Below are positions 35,806-37,138 of a DNA stretch of 37,138 nt, one piece after another. Made by a program: the position numbers and the translations under genes. The stretch is from Trypethelium eluteriae (lineage: Eukaryota), in contig JAVECL010000196.1 of NCBI GenBank assembly GCA_051942245.1, positions 1 through 37,138 on the forward strand, in the 5' to 3' direction. The stretch's first letter is position 1. Every line of letters begins with the position of its first letter. Under the pieces are notes generated by a model. It made no database searches. It was not told the origin of the DNA and saw only the letters and a list, made by a program, of their open reading frames with translations.

Positions 35806-35821
35806 TACGGAGTACTCCGTA
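35806..35821. promoter_or_regulatory. Perfect 16-bp palindrome TACGGAGTACTCCGTA in the 14-3-3/IF1 divergent intergenic region
   Basis: Read directly from the sequence; function inferred only from its position. Confidence 0.4.
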
Positions 35822-36006
35822 GTCCAAGACACCATACCTTACCTCCCGTGCCTCCTTACCATACGTGCCATACCACTCCGTTTACCTAGACTGGTCCGTG
35901 CTTTGACTACCTCCAGAACCGCGGTCCTCTACAAACGACGTCGATCTCTCGCCAATCCTGCAACTTCCACCAGTCTCAAATCCCTTTCTGTCCACGCACT
36001 TCCATC

Positions 36007-36499
36007 ATGACCACTTCTCGTGCAGTGCTTCGTGCAACTCGGGCTTTCGGCTCCCCACGCATCGCCTCACGCAGCTTTTCTGTTGCTTCCCGGATGATGG
36101 CTGAAGGTGATACTGGAGCTCCGCGATCCGGTGGTGCAGCTTCAAGGTAACCTGAAATTTCCATTGGCTTTTCCGGGAAGTAAGCTGACATCTGAGTCTT
36201 GTAGCGATGCCTTTACAAAGCGAGAGAGTGCCAGTGAAGAAATGTTTATCCGGGACCAGGAGAGACAAAAGTAGGTCTGCCCCGATGCCTTCAAGACTAC
36301 CTTTCACCAGACGAGGCCGCGACTGCACTCTCAAAGAAGATTATGTTATCCAACCCAATCGAGTACCAATGCTAATAGTCCTTCGCCACCTAGGCTGGCT
36401 TCTCTGAGGGCTAAGATTGGCGAACACAAGAAACACCTTGAGGAGCTTGAGAAGCACGTCGACGATCTATCGAAGGAACAAGGTGGAGAGCAGAACTGA
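36007..36499 (+). CDS. INH1: Mitochondrial F1Fo ATPase inhibitor (IF1/Inh1/Stf1 family)
   Basis: Exons 36007-36146, 36205-36270, 36394-36499, missed by the ORF track. Presequence, then EGDTGAPRSGGAASSDAFTKRESASEEMFIRDQERQKLASLRAKI...HLEELEKH. Confidence 0.92.
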
Positions 36500-36791
36500 G
36501 TGCTTGCAAGAATGGACATTGGGAGCATAAGAATACATGTAACTGGAGCAAGTGCGATCGACAAGCTACAAATTGTATGACTCAAAAAGGACGAAATTGT
36601 AACTCCACTTTCATCAATTAAGATACCATTTCACATGTCTCTGTCGCCCACGGCATATGGCTGCTACCAAAGTTTTATCGTACACCTTCGATTCACTTCC
36701 TCTGTCGCCCGGAACGCCATCGCATGCATCTGACACCCATATCCTCGATTCGACGGTATGCACATCGCAGTCTGAGCGACATTACTATTCC

Positions 36792-37138
36792 TTACCGCCT
36801 GCTCCCCATCCACGAGCGATAGAAATCATCAGCTGTATCAGTACCAATCCCATGATATCCATTCGTGCCCATTCGCTGCGTATCCTTCTGCGCGGCTGCA
36901 ACCTTAGTCTGAAGCTGCGTAGCGCTCTGATCAATCTGCTGAAGCGAAAAGAGATGGCTATTCAGAACCCTCACAATCTGCGAAAGCTGTTTCCCCCTCA
37001 AGTTAGCAATCTCTTCACCGAAACAGGAGGTAAACCGATTGGCCGCAGCCGCACTCACCGGATCGTCTGCCCGACTCGTCCGACTCAACTGCCCACTAAC
37101 CCCATTGATATCCTCAATCATCGCCCCCAACTCCCTCC
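36792..37138 (-). CDS. NSP1: Nucleoporin Nsp1/Nup62 C-terminal coiled coil (5'-truncated by the window edge)
   Basis: Exons ...-37059 and 36986-36792: MIEDINGVSGQLSRTSRADDP|LSQIVRVLNSHLFSLQQIDQSATQLQTKV. Confidence 0.85.
   Translation of the reverse strand, partial: RELGAMIEDINGVSGQLSRTSRADDPVSAAAANRFTSCFGEEIANLRGKQLSQIVRVLNSHLFSLQQIDQSATQLQTKVAAAQKDTQRMGTNGYHGIGTDTADDFYRSWMGSRR

Overview
Gene-dense, intron-rich segment of a filamentous ascomycete (Pezizomycotina) chromosome. I reconstructed 16 protein-coding loci by hand from GT/AG boundaries and reading frames. The conserved backbone is SOM1/Flo8, BET3, U5-40K WD40, HRD3/SEL1, SDH4, MAS1 (beta-MPP), an SCOC/UNC-69-like coiled-coil gene, 14-3-3, ATPase inhibitor IF1 and the 3' end of NSP1. 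Accessory-looking genes are interspersed: a BTB/POZ gene, an atypical short cytochrome P450, an uncharacterised multi-TM gene interrupted by in-frame stops, and a head-to-head pair of a P-loop-degenerate NACHT/STAND-like protein and an intact AAA+ ATPase. The best leads are three: (1) the divergent pseudo-NACHT + AAA ATPase pair as a candidate two-component fungal immune/nonself module; (2) the multi-TM gene whose frame runs straight through a TAG at a probable Trp codon (pseudogene versus A-to-I stop repair or readthrough); (3) a 55-bp in-frame segment shared 50/55 between that gene and the NACHT-like gene. No rRNA, tRNA, transposase or CRISPR signal was seen. All exon models are manual and unverified by transcripts.
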